64,000 bases of DNA, from the NCBI GenBank assembly GCA_022561875.1, contig JADFQJ010000008.1, positions 8,638 to 72,637 on the forward strand, written 5' to 3'. A program made the translations under genes and the position numbers. Shown here piece after piece: positions 23,051 to 33,020 of this stretch (positions within the stretch are counted from its first letter, which is position 1; every line of letters starts with the position of its first letter). This DNA comes from Bacteroidota bacterium (GTDB lineage Bacteria > Bacteroidota > Bacteroidia > Bacteroidales > VadinHA17). Below the pieces are notes generated by a model. It worked only from the letters and a program-made list of their open reading frames with translations. It had not been told where the DNA came from and made no database searches.

Positions 23051-23113
23051 AGAAATTTCCTTATGAGCTTTTAATTTAAAAGCAATTCGCTAATATATAA
23101 TATATTGAATAAA

Positions 23114-24352
23114 TTATTCAAATTCTTCATTTAAAATTTTCAAAACCTCTTTGATGGTTTCTTCTTCGAGATCGGTTCTTTTAACCAGATCGTTTAATGA
23201 CAATTCCAGGACACTTTTAGCTGTATCACATCCAATTGCCTTTAGTTCGTCAAGTACCCAGCTTTCAATTTCATCGGCAAATTCTTCAAGACTGACATCT
23301 TCAGCATCTTCGGTATCAGTTTCCCGGTAAACGTCAATCTCGTAGTCGGTAAGCTGGCTGGCAAGCCTGATGTTTAGCCCGCCTTTACCGATAGCCAATG
23401 AAACCTCCTCAGGCTGCAGGTATACTTCAGCACGTTTCTCTTCCTCAAATAGCTTTATTGATACTACCTTTGCAGGGCTAAGAGATCTGGTAATATATAA
23501 TTTTATATTTGTCGTGTAATTAATAACATCAATGTTTTCATTCTTCAACTCTCTCACTATACCATGTATCCTGGAACCCTTCATTCCAACACATGCTCCT
23601 ACCGGATCTATTCGCTCATCATAAGATTCAACTGCAACTTTTGCCCTTTCACCGGGTATCCTGACTATTTTTTTAATTGTTATCAAACCATCGAAAATTT
23701 CAGGGACTTCAAGCTCAAACAATCTTTCCAGAAAAACAGGTGATGAGCGGGAAACGATAATCAGCGGATTGTTATTTCTCATCTCAACCCTTATAACAAC
23801 CGCCCGCAAAGTATCTCCTTTCCTGAAGAAGTCTGACGGAATCTGTTCTTCCTTAGGCATTATCAGTTCATTTCCCTCATCATCCAATATCAGTATCTCG
23901 CGCTTCCAAATCTGGTATACCTCCCCGGTAACAACATCACCGGTCCTGTCTTTATATTTGTTAAAAACATAATTTTTCTCCAGATCAAGTATTCTGGAAG
24001 TCAGATTTTGTCTTAATGATAAAATGATCCTTCTTCCAAAATCTTCTAGTTTCACTTCATCGGTTACCTCTTCTCCTACCTCATAGTCTTCATCAATTTT
24101 AATAGCTTCAGAAAGACTTATTTGTAAATTTTCATCTTCAATTTTATCATCTTCAACAACTTCCCTGTTTCTCCAAATCTCAAAGTCACCTTTGTCGATG
24201 TTGATGATGATGTCGAAATTATTATCCGTACCGAATTGCTTCTGTAAAATATTTCGGAAAACATCTTCCAGAACACTCATCATAGTTGTACGATCAATGT
24301 TTTTTAATTCCTTGAATTCGGAAAATGTTTCGATTAAATTCATGATTCCCAT
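23114..24352 (-). CDS. nusA: Transcription termination/antitermination factor NusA
   Basis: S1 and KH domain blocks (GDVVTGEV, RAKVAV.S.D..IDPVGACVGMKGSRI) within the rimP-nusA-infB operon order. Confidence 0.93.
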   Translation of the reverse strand: MGIMNLIETFSEFKELKNIDRTTMMSVLEDVFRNILQKQFGTDNNFDIIINIDKGDFEIWRNREVVEDDKIEDENLQISLSEAIKIDEDYEVGEEVTDEVKLEDFGRRIILSLRQNLTSRILDLEKNYVFNKYKDRTGDVVTGEVYQIWKREILILDDEGNELIMPKEEQIPSDFFRKGDTLRAVVIRVEMRNNNPLIIVSRSSPVFLERLFELEVPEIFDGLITIKKIVRIPGERAKVAVESYDERIDPVGACVGMKGSRIHGIVRELKNENIDVINYTTNIKLYITRSLSPAKVVSIKLFEEEKRAEVYLQPEEVSLAIGKGGLNIRLASQLTDYEIDVYRETDTEDAEDVSLEEFADEIESWVLDELKAIGCDTAKSVLELSLNDLVKRTDLEEETIKEVLKILNEEFE

Positions 24353-24360
24353 TCGTTCTT

Positions 24361-24822
24361 CTATTTAAAAGCGATTACTGCTATAGCTGATTTTATTTGG
24401 TTAAAATCGAAAAAGAGATCTTTATGAACAACTTTCTTTTTCTTTCCTTCTTTAACCCGTTCTTTAATACCAAGTTCAATTCCTTTTTCATTCACCTTGT
24501 TCAGAAATCCTATTTGTTTTGTCTCATCCAGGGTTAAAACCTCAATTTTCCTGCCCACATTTTTATGATATTGTTCAATAACCCGAAATGGCATGTCAAG
24601 ACCGGGTGAGGAAACCTGTAACTCATAATCTTCTTCGTTACGGTCGAGCTTAGCTTCTATAAACCTGCTGATTAGCACACATTCCTTGATTGTAATCCCT
24701 TCGGGCTTGTCCAGCAATACTTTAATGGAATTATCAGAACCTACCGAAAGATCTACAAAAAAGATATCCTTACCGGCTATCCATTTCTTTACAATTTTTT
24801 CTATTTTCTCTCTGTCAATCAT
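24361..24822 (-). CDS. rimP: Ribosome maturation factor RimP
   Basis: 153 aa immediately upstream of nusA, with the LEVSSPGLDMP-like block (LQVSSPGLDMPF). Confidence 0.85.
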   Translation of the reverse strand: MIDREKIEKIVKKWIAGKDIFFVDLSVGSDNSIKVLLDKPEGITIKECVLISRFIEAKLDRNEEDYELQVSSPGLDMPFRVIEQYHKNVGRKIEVLTLDETKQIGFLNKVNEKGIELGIKERVKEGKKKKVVHKDLFFDFNQIKSAIAVIAFK

Positions 24823-24858
24823 AAAAATGACATAAAAATAGGGGACTTTCCGTCCCCT
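24823..24858 (-). promoter_or_regulatory. Terminator-like hairpin plus U-run in the rimP-nusA-infB leader
   Basis: On the minus strand, AGGGGAC-ggaaa-GTCCCCT (24858-24840) is followed by ATTTTTATGTCATTTTT and then the rimP ATG. Confidence 0.45.
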
Positions 24859-25033
24859 TAATACAAACTCTGCGCTTTTCAGTGCACAAAGTTAATTATT
24901 TTTATTAAATTAACAAAACAAGAAATACGACAGGATTTTTGAAATTCCCATAAGTTATGACAACTTTGCAATACTCATTTTTATGCATCGAAAATATTAG
25001 TATTTCTTAATTGGATTAGCATTATCAATAAGG

Positions 25034-26293
25034 TTGAAAGTGACAGGCCAGAGTAAGTGTAAAATTATTAATGATCCGGTCTATGGGTTTATCAGCATAC
25101 CCTTTGATCTGATCTATGATTTAGTTGAGCATCCCTATTTTCAGCGGTTGAGAAGAATTAAGCAGCTAGGATTAACAAATTATGTATATCCCGGGGCAAC
25201 CCATACCCGTTTTCAGCATGCCCTGGGTTCGCTATACCTGATGAACCTGGCGATAAAAACCATACAGGCAAAAGGCAATGATATTACGGAAAAGGAAGCT
25301 GAAGCGGTGTTGGCAGCAATACTTTTACATGATATCGGGCATGGTCCGTTCTCGCATGCACTTGAACACAGTATTGTTGAACGTATTACACATGAAGATA
25401 TTTCCGGTATTTATTTGGAATTCCTGAATAAACATTTCAATGGAAAACTGGACCTGGCAATCAGAATATTCAGGGATGATTATAAAAAGAAATTTCTGCA
25501 TCAACTTGTTTCAGGACAGCTTGATATGGACCGGCTTGATTATCTTCACCGGGATAGCTTTTTTAGTGGTGTGGTTGAAGGCACTGTGAGTTATGACAGG
25601 ATAATTAAAATGTTGAATGTGGCGGAGGGTAATCTGGTGGTTGAAGCCAAAGGGATCTATTCAATCGAGAAATTTCTGATTGCAAGAAGATTCATGTACT
25701 GGCAGGTTTACATGCATAAGACTGTCATAGCAGGTGAGCAGATACTGGTTAATGTTTTGAAAAGAGCCAAAACTCTGGCTGATGATGGAGTAGAACTGTT
25801 TGCAACACCTTCCTTGAAATTTTTCTTGTATAATCATGTGAACAGGGAAAATCTTTTTTCTGCAAATCCCCTGTTCTCTAAAGAAGAAGTTCTTGATCAT
25901 TTTTCAAATCTGGATGATAATGATATAATATCTTGTGCCAAAGTGTGGGCGGATCATCCTGATTTTATTTTGTCATTTCTTTGTAAAGGGATAATTAACA
26001 GGAGGCTATACAAGGTTGAGATCAGTAATGAACCTTTTCCGGAGGACAGGGTTGAAGGGTTAAGAAAGAGAATAAAATCCCGTTATTCCATTACTGAAGA
26101 TGTAATGAATTATTTAGTTTTTACGCGATCAATTAGTGCTAACACATATAGTCCGGAAGAGAAGGAGATAAGAATAATGAATAAATCGGGGCGGCTGGAA
26201 AATCTGTCTGATGTTTCTGAGATGCTGAAAATATCAGCGCTGAACAAAACGGAAAAAAAATATATTTTGTGTCATTTTAAAGATATGGAATGA
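25034..26293 (+). CDS. HD-domain phosphohydrolase (SAMHD1/dNTP triphosphohydrolase-like)
   Basis: INDPVYGFI, RFQHALG, LLHDIGHGPFSH and DRLDYLHRDS blocks. The start is uncertain (TTG 25034 or GTG 25040). Confidence 0.8.
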   Translation: MKVTGQSKCKIINDPVYGFISIPFDLIYDLVEHPYFQRLRRIKQLGLTNYVYPGATHTRFQHALGSLYLMNLAIKTIQAKGNDITEKEAEAVLAAILLHDIGHGPFSHALEHSIVERITHEDISGIYLEFLNKHFNGKLDLAIRIFRDDYKKKFLHQLVSGQLDMDRLDYLHRDSFFSGVVEGTVSYDRIIKMLNVAEGNLVVEAKGIYSIEKFLIARRFMYWQVYMHKTVIAGEQILVNVLKRAKTLADDGVELFATPSLKFFLYNHVNRENLFSANPLFSKEEVLDHFSNLDDNDIISCAKVWADHPDFILSFLCKGIINRRLYKVEISNEPFPEDRVEGLRKRIKSRYSITEDVMNYLVFTRSISANTYSPEEKEIRIMNKSGRLENLSDVSEMLKISALNKTEKKYILCHFKDME

Positions 26294-26369
26294 TGGAATA
26301 ATGGAATGGCGCCTTCCCTGCCTGCCCCGCAGGGAAGAATGTGATGCAGAGACAAGGCATGCCTTGTCT
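26287..26369 (+). repeat. Intergenic module: GGAATRATGG array, 8-9 bp hairpin and 20-nt perfect palindrome
   Basis: ggaatgatggaataatggaatgg (26287-26309) contains the HD gene's TGA stop. The hairpin is cttccctgc/gcagggaag (26313-26337). The palindrome is AGACAAGGCATGCCTTGTCT (26350-26369). Confidence 0.85.
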
Positions 26370-26430
26370 TTGAGATTTGAAAAATGTTTGAAAAAAATAA
26401 AAAATAATAATTAACATATAACAACAACCA

Positions 26431-27471
26431 ATGGAATTTACAGCAAAAATTATCGCACAGTTCCTGGAGGGTGTGATCGAAGGAGATCCTGATGTTAAGG
26501 TAAATAATGTATCAGGAATTGAAGAAGGGAAAAAAGGAACAATAGCATTTATTGCTAATCCCAAATATGCTAAATATTTATATACAACCAAAGCCTCTGT
26601 TGTGTTGATAAATAAAAACTTTAACCTTGAGAAGGAGGTGAGCTGCACCCTGATAAGGGTCGAAGATGCTTACCAGGCCCTGGCATCTCTGCTTGATTTG
26701 TACGAGCAGCAAAAACCTGTAAAAAAAGGCATTCATAAAATGGCTTTCGTTGAGAAATCAGCAACGGTGGGGAAAGATATCTATATTGGGCCATTTGCTT
26801 ATATTGGCGAAAATGTAGTTGTTAAAGACCGGGCCAGAATATATCCACATGTTTATGTTGGCGACCAGGTTGTAGTTGGCGAGAAGTCTGTTATTTATTC
26901 TGGAGTAAAAATTTACCACGATTGCAGGATTGGATCAGGATGTATAATACATGCAGGAACTGTTATCGGATCTGACGGTTTTGGGTTTGCTCCCAAATCC
27001 AGTAAGGATTATAAGAAAATTCCCCAGGTTGGTAACGTGATACTGGAGGATGATGTTGAGATTGGTGCAAATTGTTCAATCGACCGGGCAACTATGGGTT
27101 CAACCATTATAAGGAAAGGTGTTAAGCTTGATAATTTAATACAAGTTGCCCATAATGTCGAAATTGGTAAAAACACGGTAATGGCTGCCCTGACAGGAAT
27201 TTCAGGATCAACAAAACTGGGGAGTGAATGTATGATTGGTGGACAGGTTGGGTTTATTGGCCATATTTCTATCGCTGACGGTGTGAAGGTTGGCGCTCAG
27301 GCAGGACTTCTTGCCAGTGTCAAGGATAAAGGGAAAGTGGTACTGGGCTCCCCCGCATTCGGTTTTACTGATTATCAAAGATCCTATGTTTATTTCAGGA
27401 AACTTCCGGAGCTGAATGCAGAAATTGAAGCCCTCAGAAAAGAGATAGATGAGTTGAAAGAAAGAACATAG
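26431..27471 (+). CDS. lpxD: UDP-3-O-acylglucosamine N-acyltransferase
   Basis: N-terminal LpxD domain followed by left-handed beta-helix hexapeptide repeats. It sits upstream of lpxC/fabZ-lpxA. Confidence 0.9.
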   Translation: MEFTAKIIAQFLEGVIEGDPDVKVNNVSGIEEGKKGTIAFIANPKYAKYLYTTKASVVLINKNFNLEKEVSCTLIRVEDAYQALASLLDLYEQQKPVKKGIHKMAFVEKSATVGKDIYIGPFAYIGENVVVKDRARIYPHVYVGDQVVVGEKSVIYSGVKIYHDCRIGSGCIIHAGTVIGSDGFGFAPKSSKDYKKIPQVGNVILEDDVEIGANCSIDRATMGSTIIRKGVKLDNLIQVAHNVEIGKNTVMAALTGISGSTKLGSECMIGGQVGFIGHISIADGVKVGAQAGLLASVKDKGKVVLGSPAFGFTDYQRSYVYFRKLPELNAEIEALRKEIDELKERT

Positions 27472-27490
27472 CTTCGCAAAGTAATTAAAA

Positions 27491-27704
27491 AGGCTGAGGC
27501 TAAGGCTAAGGCTGAGGGAGGTAAGAGGTTTTAGAAGTTTAGGGCATAAATAATAAAACACGATTTTACAAAATATCAAAAGGAAATTGTTATTTAAATA
27601 AACAAAAAAAAACAGGAAAGGGATGTTATAAAATTAAAAAAATAAGTCTAAATGGTTAATATATGCCGTTAAAAACCTTAGCCTTAGCCTCAGCCTTAGC
27701 CTTT
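27491..27704. repeat. Inverted pair of GGCTAAG/GGCTGAG heptamer arrays flanking an AT-rich core
   Basis: The left arm aggctgaggctaaggctaaggctgaggg (27491-27518) is near-complementary to the right arm ccttagccttagcctcagccttagccttt (27676-27704). They are separated by ~155 nt of A/T-rich sequence. Confidence 0.85.
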
Positions 27705-27777
27705 AACACAATAATAATTTGAATCATTTTTAGTATCTTGCCCACCAATTATGAAGTAAATAACTTTTCACTTTCCA

Positions 27778-29178
27778 ATGATCGAAAAACAAAGGACCTT
27801 AAAAAGACCGGTAACCCTTGAGGGTAAAGGGCTCCATTCAGGTATTGACGTTACAATTACTTTCAAACCAGCCCCGGCGAACCATGGTTATAAATTTTGC
27901 CGCACTGACCTGCCCGATAAACCTGTTATCAGGGCAATGCCTGAAAATGTAGTGGATACGTCGAGAGGTACCACACTTGAAGAAAATGGTATTAAAGTAG
28001 CTACAATTGAACATGTTCTCGCTGCTTTTTTTGGAAAGCAGGTAGACAATGCTCTGATTGAAATTAAAGGTCCTGAAGCTCCGATAATGGGAGGTAGTTC
28101 TTATAAATTTGTTGAAGCAATAAAAAAAGCAGGGATAGTTGAACAGGATGTCGAGAGAGATTACTTTGTGGTAAAGGAAAGAATTATCTATTCAAACGAG
28201 GAAACCGGAGTGGATATGATCATTTATCCTGATGACCATCTGAGTATTAATGTGTTGATCGATTACAATTCTAAAGTACTGGGTAACCAGTATGCTATAC
28301 TAGACCGGATATCCAATTTCGAAAAAGAAATATCAATGTGCAGAACCTTCGTGTTTTTCCATGAACTGGAAGGCCTTGCAAAAATGAATATGATAAAAGG
28401 CGGGGATCTGGACAATGCAATTGTCATTCTCGACCGGAAAGTGAAGCAATCGGAAATTGACAGGATTGCTGATCTGTTCAATAAACCTCATATACAGGCT
28501 AATTCTGAAGGGATTTTAAATAATATCGATCTCCATTTCAGTAATGAACCTGCCCGCCACAAATTGCTGGATATCATTGGTGATCTGGCTTTGGTCGGGA
28601 AACCTGTTAAAGGAAGGATAGTAGCCACACGTCCGGGTCATTTTGCCAACACCGAACTGGCAAAACGTGTTAAACAGGAGATGAAAAAAGAAAGTTCAAG
28701 AAAATCTATTCCTGTTTATGACCCCAATCAATCTCCGGTAATGGATATTAATGAGATCCGCACAAAGCTGCCGCATCGTTATCCGTTTCTGATGGTTGAC
28801 AAGATTATTCATATGGATGATCATTCTATAGTGGGCGTTAAGAACTTAACATTCAATGAAGCTTTTTTCCAGGGTCATTTTCCGGGTGAACCAATAATGC
28901 CCGGTGTACTGCAAATTGAAGCTTTAGCCCAGGTAGGAGGAATACTGATACTGAATACTATTCCGGATCCCGAGAATTATTCCACCTACTTCCTTAAAAT
29001 TGATAAAGTTAAATTCAAACGAATGGTTGGCCCTGGTGATACCCTGATTCTAAAACTCGAATTGACAGACCCCATCCGGCATAGTATTGCAACTATGTAT
29101 GGAAGAGCTTATGTGGGTGATAAACTTGTTACTGAAGGTGAGTTTATGGCACAGGTAATAAAAACAAAAGGAAAATGA
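27778..29178 (+). CDS. lpxC: Bifunctional UDP-3-O-acyl-GlcNAc deacetylase / 3-hydroxyacyl-ACP dehydratase (LpxC/FabZ fusion)
   Basis: The N-terminal LpxC region (TLKRPVTLEGKGLHSG, HKLLDIIGDLAL) is fused to a C-terminal FabZ hotdog (LPHRYPFLMVDKI, HFPGEPIMPGVL). This fusion is typical of Bacteroidota. Confidence 0.93.
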   Translation: MIEKQRTLKRPVTLEGKGLHSGIDVTITFKPAPANHGYKFCRTDLPDKPVIRAMPENVVDTSRGTTLEENGIKVATIEHVLAAFFGKQVDNALIEIKGPEAPIMGGSSYKFVEAIKKAGIVEQDVERDYFVVKERIIYSNEETGVDMIIYPDDHLSINVLIDYNSKVLGNQYAILDRISNFEKEISMCRTFVFFHELEGLAKMNMIKGGDLDNAIVILDRKVKQSEIDRIADLFNKPHIQANSEGILNNIDLHFSNEPARHKLLDIIGDLALVGKPVKGRIVATRPGHFANTELAKRVKQEMKKESSRKSIPVYDPNQSPVMDINEIRTKLPHRYPFLMVDKIIHMDDHSIVGVKNLTFNEAFFQGHFPGEPIMPGVLQIEALAQVGGILILNTIPDPENYSTYFLKIDKVKFKRMVGPGDTLILKLELTDPIRHSIATMYGRAYVGDKLVTEGEFMAQVIKTKGK

Positions 29179-29945
29179 GATCAGAATCAGCACATATCCA
29201 TTCTGATGCCAGAATCGGAAATGATGTTGTAATTGAACCTTTTTCATATATCGCAGGTGATGTGGAAATAGGTAACGGTACATGGATCGGTCCGAATGTT
29301 ACCATAATGGATGGTGCCAGGATTGGCAGGAAATGCCGGATATTCCCCGGTGCGGTGATTTCAGCTATTCCCCAGGACATGAAGTATGCCGGAGAAAAAA
29401 GTACGGCAGAGATAGGAGACAATACAACTATCAGAGAATGTGTTACAGTGAACCGTGGTACAAAAACTTTTGAAAAAACCGTGGTGGGAAACAATACCCT
29501 GTTAATGGCTTATGTACATGTAGCTCATGATTGTGTTGTGGGTAATAATTGTGTGCTGGTAAACAGTGTCGGACTTGCCGGTGAGGTGATAATCGACGAC
29601 TGGGCCATTCTGGGAGGAGCCACTGTAGTACACCAGTTTGTCAATATAGGAGGACATGTGATGATCTCAGGAGGGTCAAAAGTGAGCAAAGATATCCCGC
29701 CTTATGTCAAAACCGGTCGCGAACCATTGATATATCTCGGAATTAATTCTATTGGATTGTCCCGCAGAAATTTCAGCAAGGAAAAAATAGAGGAGATACA
29801 TAATATTTATAGATGGATTTATAAGAAGGGCTTTAATAACACCCAGGCAATGGAGAAAATTGAAAATGAAATGCCGGCAACCCCTGAGCGGGATTATATA
29901 TTTTCCTTCATAAAAAAATCGAAAAGAGGTATAATACGAGGGTAA
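29175..29945 (+). CDS. lpxA: Acyl-ACP--UDP-N-acetylglucosamine O-acyltransferase
   Basis: Hexapeptide-repeat protein of 256 aa. It has a 4-nt ATGA overlap with lpxC/fabZ and the LpxA C-terminal helical domain. Confidence 0.9.
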   Translation: MRSESAHIHSDARIGNDVVIEPFSYIAGDVEIGNGTWIGPNVTIMDGARIGRKCRIFPGAVISAIPQDMKYAGEKSTAEIGDNTTIRECVTVNRGTKTFEKTVVGNNTLLMAYVHVAHDCVVGNNCVLVNSVGLAGEVIIDDWAILGGATVVHQFVNIGGHVMISGGSKVSKDIPPYVKTGREPLIYLGINSIGLSRRNFSKEKIEEIHNIYRWIYKKGFNNTQAMEKIENEMPATPERDYIFSFIKKSKRGIIRG

Positions 29946-29948
29946 GAG

Positions 29949-30033
29949 TGGAATAATGGAATGATGGAACGATAGAACGATAGAACGATAGAACGATAGA
30001 ACGATATGAACGATCTGCCCTCTGCCTACTGCC
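29949..30033. repeat. Intergenic module: GGAATRATGG word, GAACGATA x5 array, reversed GGCAGAGGGCAG word
   Basis: tggaataatggaatgatggaa (29949-29969). gaacgata x5 perfect (29967-30006). ctgccctctgcctactgcc (30015-30033) is the reverse complement of the word at 32874-32894. Confidence 0.9.
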
Positions 30034-30037
30034 TTCT

Positions 30038-31084
30038 TCACCTCTTTCCTTCCAATCCGTTCCAGCCCTGGGCTTTAATCTTAACCTGAATCCCATCCGG
30101 GGTGATAAGGTTACATCCCTGGATTTTTTCAGTAATATGTCCTATTGGATGAATAAAGTCTGTTTCTTTTATTTTTTCAAAATCATCCAGCGACACAGTG
30201 AAAAGTAATTCGTAATCTTCACCACCGTTAAGAGCTGCTGTCATAGGATCAAGATGAAATTCCCCGGCAAGTTTTGTGGTTTCTTTATCAACAGGTATTT
30301 TCTCATAGTATATATTACAGCCCAAACCTGAGCTTTTGCAAATATGAAGGATCTCTGAAGAGAGTCCGTCGGAAATGTCAATCATTGATGTAGGCTTTAC
30401 TTTTTTCTCTTTTAGTTTTTCAATCAGATCAGCCCTGGGCTCGGGTTTTAACTGCCGGCGCAAAACATATTCATAACCACCAAGATCAGGCTGAGTACCG
30501 GGGACTTCACTGAATATCTTTTTTTCCCTTTCAAGCAGTTGCAGACCTAAATACGCAGCGCCAAGATCGCCGGTAACACATATAATATCATTTATGCGGG
30601 CAGAATCCCTGAAAACAATATCTTTCTCAGATGCCTGTCCTATGGCAGTGATGCTGATCGTCAGACCGGTAAGTGAAGATGAAGTGTCGCCCCCAACCAG
30701 ATCAACTCCGTATTTGTCACAAGCTAAATATATTCCCTCATATATAAGATCAATATCTTCAACAGCAAATTTGCTGGAAATACCTAACGAAATAACCATT
30801 TGGGTCGGATCGGCATTCATAGCATATATATCGGAAAAGTTTATAACTGCTGCCTTGTATCCAAGATGCTTGAGAGGCGTGTAAATCAAGTTAAAATGAA
30901 TTCCCTCCAGCAGAATGTCTGTAGTGACAACTGTCTGGTCTTTACCATGATCAATTACAGCAGCATCATCTCCCACACCTTTCCTGGTGCTTTTATTCCT
31001 GATCCGGATTTTTCCTGTCAGGTGGTCGATCAAACCGAACTCTCCCAATTTTGAGATGGGTGTTTTTTTCTCTCTATCCGGCAT
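30038..31084 (-). CDS. thiL: Thiamine-monophosphate kinase
   Basis: AIR-synthase-like fold motifs (GVGDDAAV, TTDILLEGIHF, GGDTSSS), 348 aa. Confidence 0.88.
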   Translation of the reverse strand: MPDREKKTPISKLGEFGLIDHLTGKIRIRNKSTRKGVGDDAAVIDHGKDQTVVTTDILLEGIHFNLIYTPLKHLGYKAAVINFSDIYAMNADPTQMVISLGISSKFAVEDIDLIYEGIYLACDKYGVDLVGGDTSSSLTGLTISITAIGQASEKDIVFRDSARINDIICVTGDLGAAYLGLQLLEREKKIFSEVPGTQPDLGGYEYVLRRQLKPEPRADLIEKLKEKKVKPTSMIDISDGLSSEILHICKSSGLGCNIYYEKIPVDKETTKLAGEFHLDPMTAALNGGEDYELLFTVSLDDFEKIKETDFIHPIGHITEKIQGCNLITPDGIQVKIKAQGWNGLEGKR

Positions 31085-31240
31085 AATAAGATAGTGTTTG
31101 TTATTCTTATTTCAACATTGTTTTTTGACATTTAGCAAGATGTCTGCTTTTAATGCATTTTTTATTTTTCAAAATTATAAGAATATTTACTTTTATTGAA
31201 TTTTTAATAACATACGAATAGGTATTGTTATATAGTTTGT

Positions 31241-31248
31241 TATATTTG
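31241..31248 (+). promoter_or_regulatory. Candidate -7 promoter box (TAnnTTTG) for the suf operon
   Basis: TATATTTG lies 79 nt upstream of the sufB ATG, in an AT-rich divergent spacer. Confidence 0.3.
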
Positions 31249-31326
31249 CGCTTATTTAGAGTTATTCTATATAAGATAAAATAGCTATGAATGCCAATAT
31301 CTTAAATTGCTGAAAGACAGGAAAAT

Positions 31327-32775
31327 ATGAAGAATGATCAGGACAAAATATTAAACGAAGTTACTGAAAACGAATATAAATACGGCTTTTATACTGATAT
31401 TGATATTGAAATCTTTCCACCCGGATTGAATGAAGATGTTGTCCGTGCTATCTCAGCAAAGAAAGAGGAGCCTGATTTTATGCTTGAATTCCGACTGAAA
31501 GCCTATCGTCAATGGCTGAAAATGGAAATGCCCAACTGGGCACATCTGAAGATACCTGAAATTAATTACCAGAAAATAAGTTATTACGCGGCTCCTAAAA
31601 AGAATAAAGGACCAGGAAGTCTGGAGGAAGTAGATCCTGAACTAAGAAAAACCTTTGAAAAACTTGGAATATCCCTCGATGAGCAGAAACGGCTAACAGG
31701 GGTGGCTGTAGATGCAATTATAGATAGTGTATCTGTGAAAACTACCTTTCAGGAAACACTGGCTGAACATGGAATTATTTTTGGTTCAATGAGCGAAGCA
31801 ATTAAAGAACATCCCGATCTGATTGAAAAACATCTTGGATCTGTTGTTCCTTATAGTGATAACTTTTTTGCAGCATTGAATGCAGCGGTATTCAGCGATG
31901 GTTCATTTTGCTATATCCCAAAAGGGGTTAGGTCGCCTATGGAACTGTCAACCTATTTTCGGATAAATGCTGCCAATACAGGTCAGTTTGAACGTACCCT
32001 GATTGTAGCAGAAGAGGGGAGTTATGTCAGCTATCTTGAAGGTTGTACGGCGCCAATGAGAGATGAGAATCAGTTACATGCTGCCGTGGTAGAGATTATT
32101 GTAGAAAAAGATGCATATGTGAAATATTCTACTGTGCAAAACTGGTATCCCGGTGATAAGAACGGGAAAGGTGGAATTTTTAATTTCGTGACAAAACGAG
32201 GCATATGCCGTGGTGAACGATCGAAAATATCCTGGACACAGGTGGAAACAGGCTCGGCAATTACATGGAAATACCCGAGCTGTATTCTGAAAGGGAACAA
32301 TTCTGTTGGAGAGTTTTATTCTGTAGCAGTTACAAATAACCACCAGCAGGCAGATACGGGTACCAAAATGATCCATATTGGAAAGAATACAAAAAGTACC
32401 ATCATCTCAAAAGGTATTTCTGCAGGATTCAGTAACAATAGCTACCGGGGACTGGTAAAAATGACAAAGAATGCTGAAAATTCCAGGAATTTCTCACAAT
32501 GCGATTCCCTGTTACTGGGAGATAAATGTGGCGCCCATACATTCCCGTACATCGAGGTTGATAATCATAATTCTATTGTTGAGCATGAAGCAACCACTTC
32601 GAAAATCGGGGAGGACCAGATATTTTACTGTAACCAGCGGGGTATCTCAACAGAAGATGCTATTGGGTTGATAGTTAACGGGTATGCAAAAGAGGTTTTT
32701 AATAAGCTTCCTATGGAATTTGCTGTTGAAGCCCAAAAGCTGTTGCAGATAAGTTTGGAGGGAAGTGTGGGATAA
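31327..32775 (+). CDS. sufB: Fe-S cluster assembly scaffold protein SufB
   Basis: 482 aa with conserved SufB blocks ([43 protein letters not shown]). Confidence 0.95.
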   Translation: MKNDQDKILNEVTENEYKYGFYTDIDIEIFPPGLNEDVVRAISAKKEEPDFMLEFRLKAYRQWLKMEMPNWAHLKIPEINYQKISYYAAPKKNKGPGSLEEVDPELRKTFEKLGISLDEQKRLTGVAVDAIIDSVSVKTTFQETLAEHGIIFGSMSEAIKEHPDLIEKHLGSVVPYSDNFFAALNAAVFSDGSFCYIPKGVRSPMELSTYFRINAANTGQFERTLIVAEEGSYVSYLEGCTAPMRDENQLHAAVVEIIVEKDAYVKYSTVQNWYPGDKNGKGGIFNFVTKRGICRGERSKISWTQVETGSAITWKYPSCILKGNNSVGEFYSVAVTNNHQQADTGTKMIHIGKNTKSTIISKGISAGFSNNSYRGLVKMTKNAENSRNFSQCDSLLLGDKCGAHTFPYIEVDNHNSIVEHEATTSKIGEDQIFYCNQRGISTEDAIGLIVNGYAKEVFNKLPMEFAVEAQKLLQISLEGSVG

Positions 32776-33010
32776 GGGGGAGAAGAGGCGAAAGAGCGAG
32801 GGGGCGAGGGGGCGAGGGGGCGACAAAGAGAAGGGGAGAAGAGGAGAATAAAGAAGTAAATAGTAGGTAGTAAGTAGGCAGAGGGCAGAGGGCGAAGAGG
32901 AGAAGAAGAAAATAATGAATGTAGAATAATGAATTTAGAATGTAAAATGTAATGTGTTAAGTTTGAACCAGTAACCAGTAACCAGTAACCAGTAACCAGT
33001 AACCAGTAAC
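32776..33010 (+). repeat. 235-nt mosaic of short tandem-repeat words in the sufB-sufC spacer
   Basis: It starts immediately after the sufB TAA. It contains gcgagggg x3 (32796-32819), aagaagtaaatagtaggtagtaagtag (32851-32877), gtaggcagagggcagagggcg (32874-32894), aataatgaat variants, and CAGTAAC x6 (32969-33010). Confidence 0.9.
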
Positions 33011-33020
33011 ATATAACATA

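Noticed and set aside
32791-32801. An 11-nt identity (aaagagcgagg) between the sufB-sufC module and the terminator stem of repeat copy A (62661-62671), as a link between the two repeat systems.
   Set aside because: The match is too short. The sequences diverge immediately afterwards (gggggcgag versus taatacctcgc), so chance is the simplest explanation.
1879-33010. The possibility that the tandem arrays are CRISPR arrays.
   Set aside because: The units are 7-8 nt and directly abut one another with no unique spacers. There are no 24-48 nt repeats and no cas genes in the window.
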